A model generated the notes under the pieces. The model searched no databases. It was not told where the DNA came from and was given only the letters and a program-made list of their open reading frames with translations. Shown here piece by piece: positions 63,278-64,000 of a DNA stretch of 64,000 nucleotides; within the stretch, counting starts at the first letter, position 1; every line of letters starts with the position of its first letter. Location: positions 1-64,000 of the forward strand of contig JAXHLW010000011.1 in the NCBI GenBank assembly GCA_034521815.1. The letters run 5' to 3'. The position numbers were made by a program, and so were the translations under genes. Source of the stretch: Trueperaceae bacterium (GTDB lineage Bacteria > Deinococcota > Deinococci > Deinococcales > Trueperaceae).

Positions 63278-64000
63278 GTGAACAGGGGTGTCCTGCATGC
63301 CGTCGTGACAACAGACGGTCGCTGGTTGCAGGTTTCGCCAGCGTTGTCCAGGTTGTTGTGGGGGCCAGGCGGGACCGTGCGTTCCCGCTCGCTGTACGAC
63401 GTGATCCACCCCCGAGTCCGTCGCGTCGATGCGGAGGGTCGTGTCGGGCGCGGGCACGTCGAACGACACCTTCGGGTGCCAGCTGGTGCTGCACGACGGG
63501 TCGACCGTGTGGACGTACGTGCGGCTCGCCCGCGTCCACGACACGGCGGACGAAGCGGCAGACGAAGCGGACGACGAAGCGGCGGGCCAGACGCCCGCAG
63601 GGCGGGCGCACCTTACGTTCTCCTACCCTCTGCTGGCGTCCCGCCTGACGCCCGTCAGGTCCCCGGCGGACGACCGCTTTCGGGCGTTCTTCGAGAACAG
63701 CTTCGATGCCGCGTTCCTCACCGCTCCGGACGGGCGGATCCTCGAGGCGAACCCGGCGGCATCCGCCATGTTCGGCTACACGCTCGAGGAGCTACGCGCC
63801 AAGGGCAGATCGGCCGTCGTCGACACGAGCGATCCGCGCCTCGCCACGATGCTGCGCGAACGGGAGGCGACCGGCGCCACCCGCGGCCACCTGTCGATGC
63901 GCCGCAAGGACGGGTCGCGCTTCGAAGCGGACCTAGCGAGCAGCGTCTACACGGCCCCAGCGGCGAGGCGCGCACCAGCATCATGGTGCGAGACCTGACC
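63278..64000 (+). CDS. PAS-domain sensor protein, runs off the window end (frameshift near 63410)
   Basis: DGRWLQVSPAL..DVIHP PAS, then FRAFFENSFDAAFLTAPDGRILEANPAA..FGY, RKDGS. Confidence 0.8.
   Translation, partial: MNRGVLHAVVTTDGRWLQVSPALSRLLWGPGGTVRSRSLYDVIHPRVRRVDAEGRVGRGHVERHLRVPAGAARRVDRVDVRAARPRPRHGGRSGRRSGRRSGGPDARRAGAPYVLLPSAGVPPDARQVPGGRPLSGVLREQLRCRVPHRSGRADPRGEPGGIRHVRLHARGATRQGQIGRRRHERSAPRHDAARTGGDRRHPRPPVDAPQGRVALRSGPSEQRLHGPSGEARTSIMVRDLT

Noticed and set aside
1-64000. Programmed frameshifting or phase variation as an explanation of the split genes
   Set aside because: Shifts are numerous, regionally clustered and hit unrelated housekeeping-type genes without consistent slippery sites; sequencing error is more parsimonious
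1-64000. tRNA, rRNA, IS, integrase, prophage or defence genes
   Set aside because: None recognised in the sequence or the ORF track

Overview
High-GC (about 70%) bacterial chromosome segment, most consistent with Deinococcota, Trueperaceae-like. This is inferred from the fused UreAB, tandem TolC pair, leaderless-type promoters and acidic DUF11/Ig-like lipoproteins. Many genes carry frameshifts in patches (about 0.5-11.7 kb, 26-35 kb, 60 kb), which looks like long-read indel error, so many boundaries are approximate. In order the window holds: a truncated GNAT gene; a urease cluster (ureAB-C-E-F-G-D); a LIV-family ABC transporter; MFS, FAH, Zn-ADH and CBS genes; a ~990-aa coiled-coil LysM lipoprotein with heptad-phased tandem duplications; a cupin; a GH32 with a truncated sugar permease; a peroxiredoxin behind a CsoR/RcnR-type operator; a Dpp-type ABC set; a surface locus (multi-domain metzincin lipoprotein, O-antigen-ligase-like gene, large S-layer-like lipoprotein with a long structured 5' UTR); a MacAB-2xTolC exporter; fhs; a YeeE/YedE pair; and a dense c-di-GMP cluster (3 GGDEF, 1 GGDEF-EAL, 1 HD-GYP, atypical LuxR, PAS protein). 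The standout is a c-di-GMP-II riboswitch (59400-59473, minus strand) inside that cluster. It is followed by a perfect 13-bp SD-sequestering hairpin and appears to control an uncharacterised lipoprotein.
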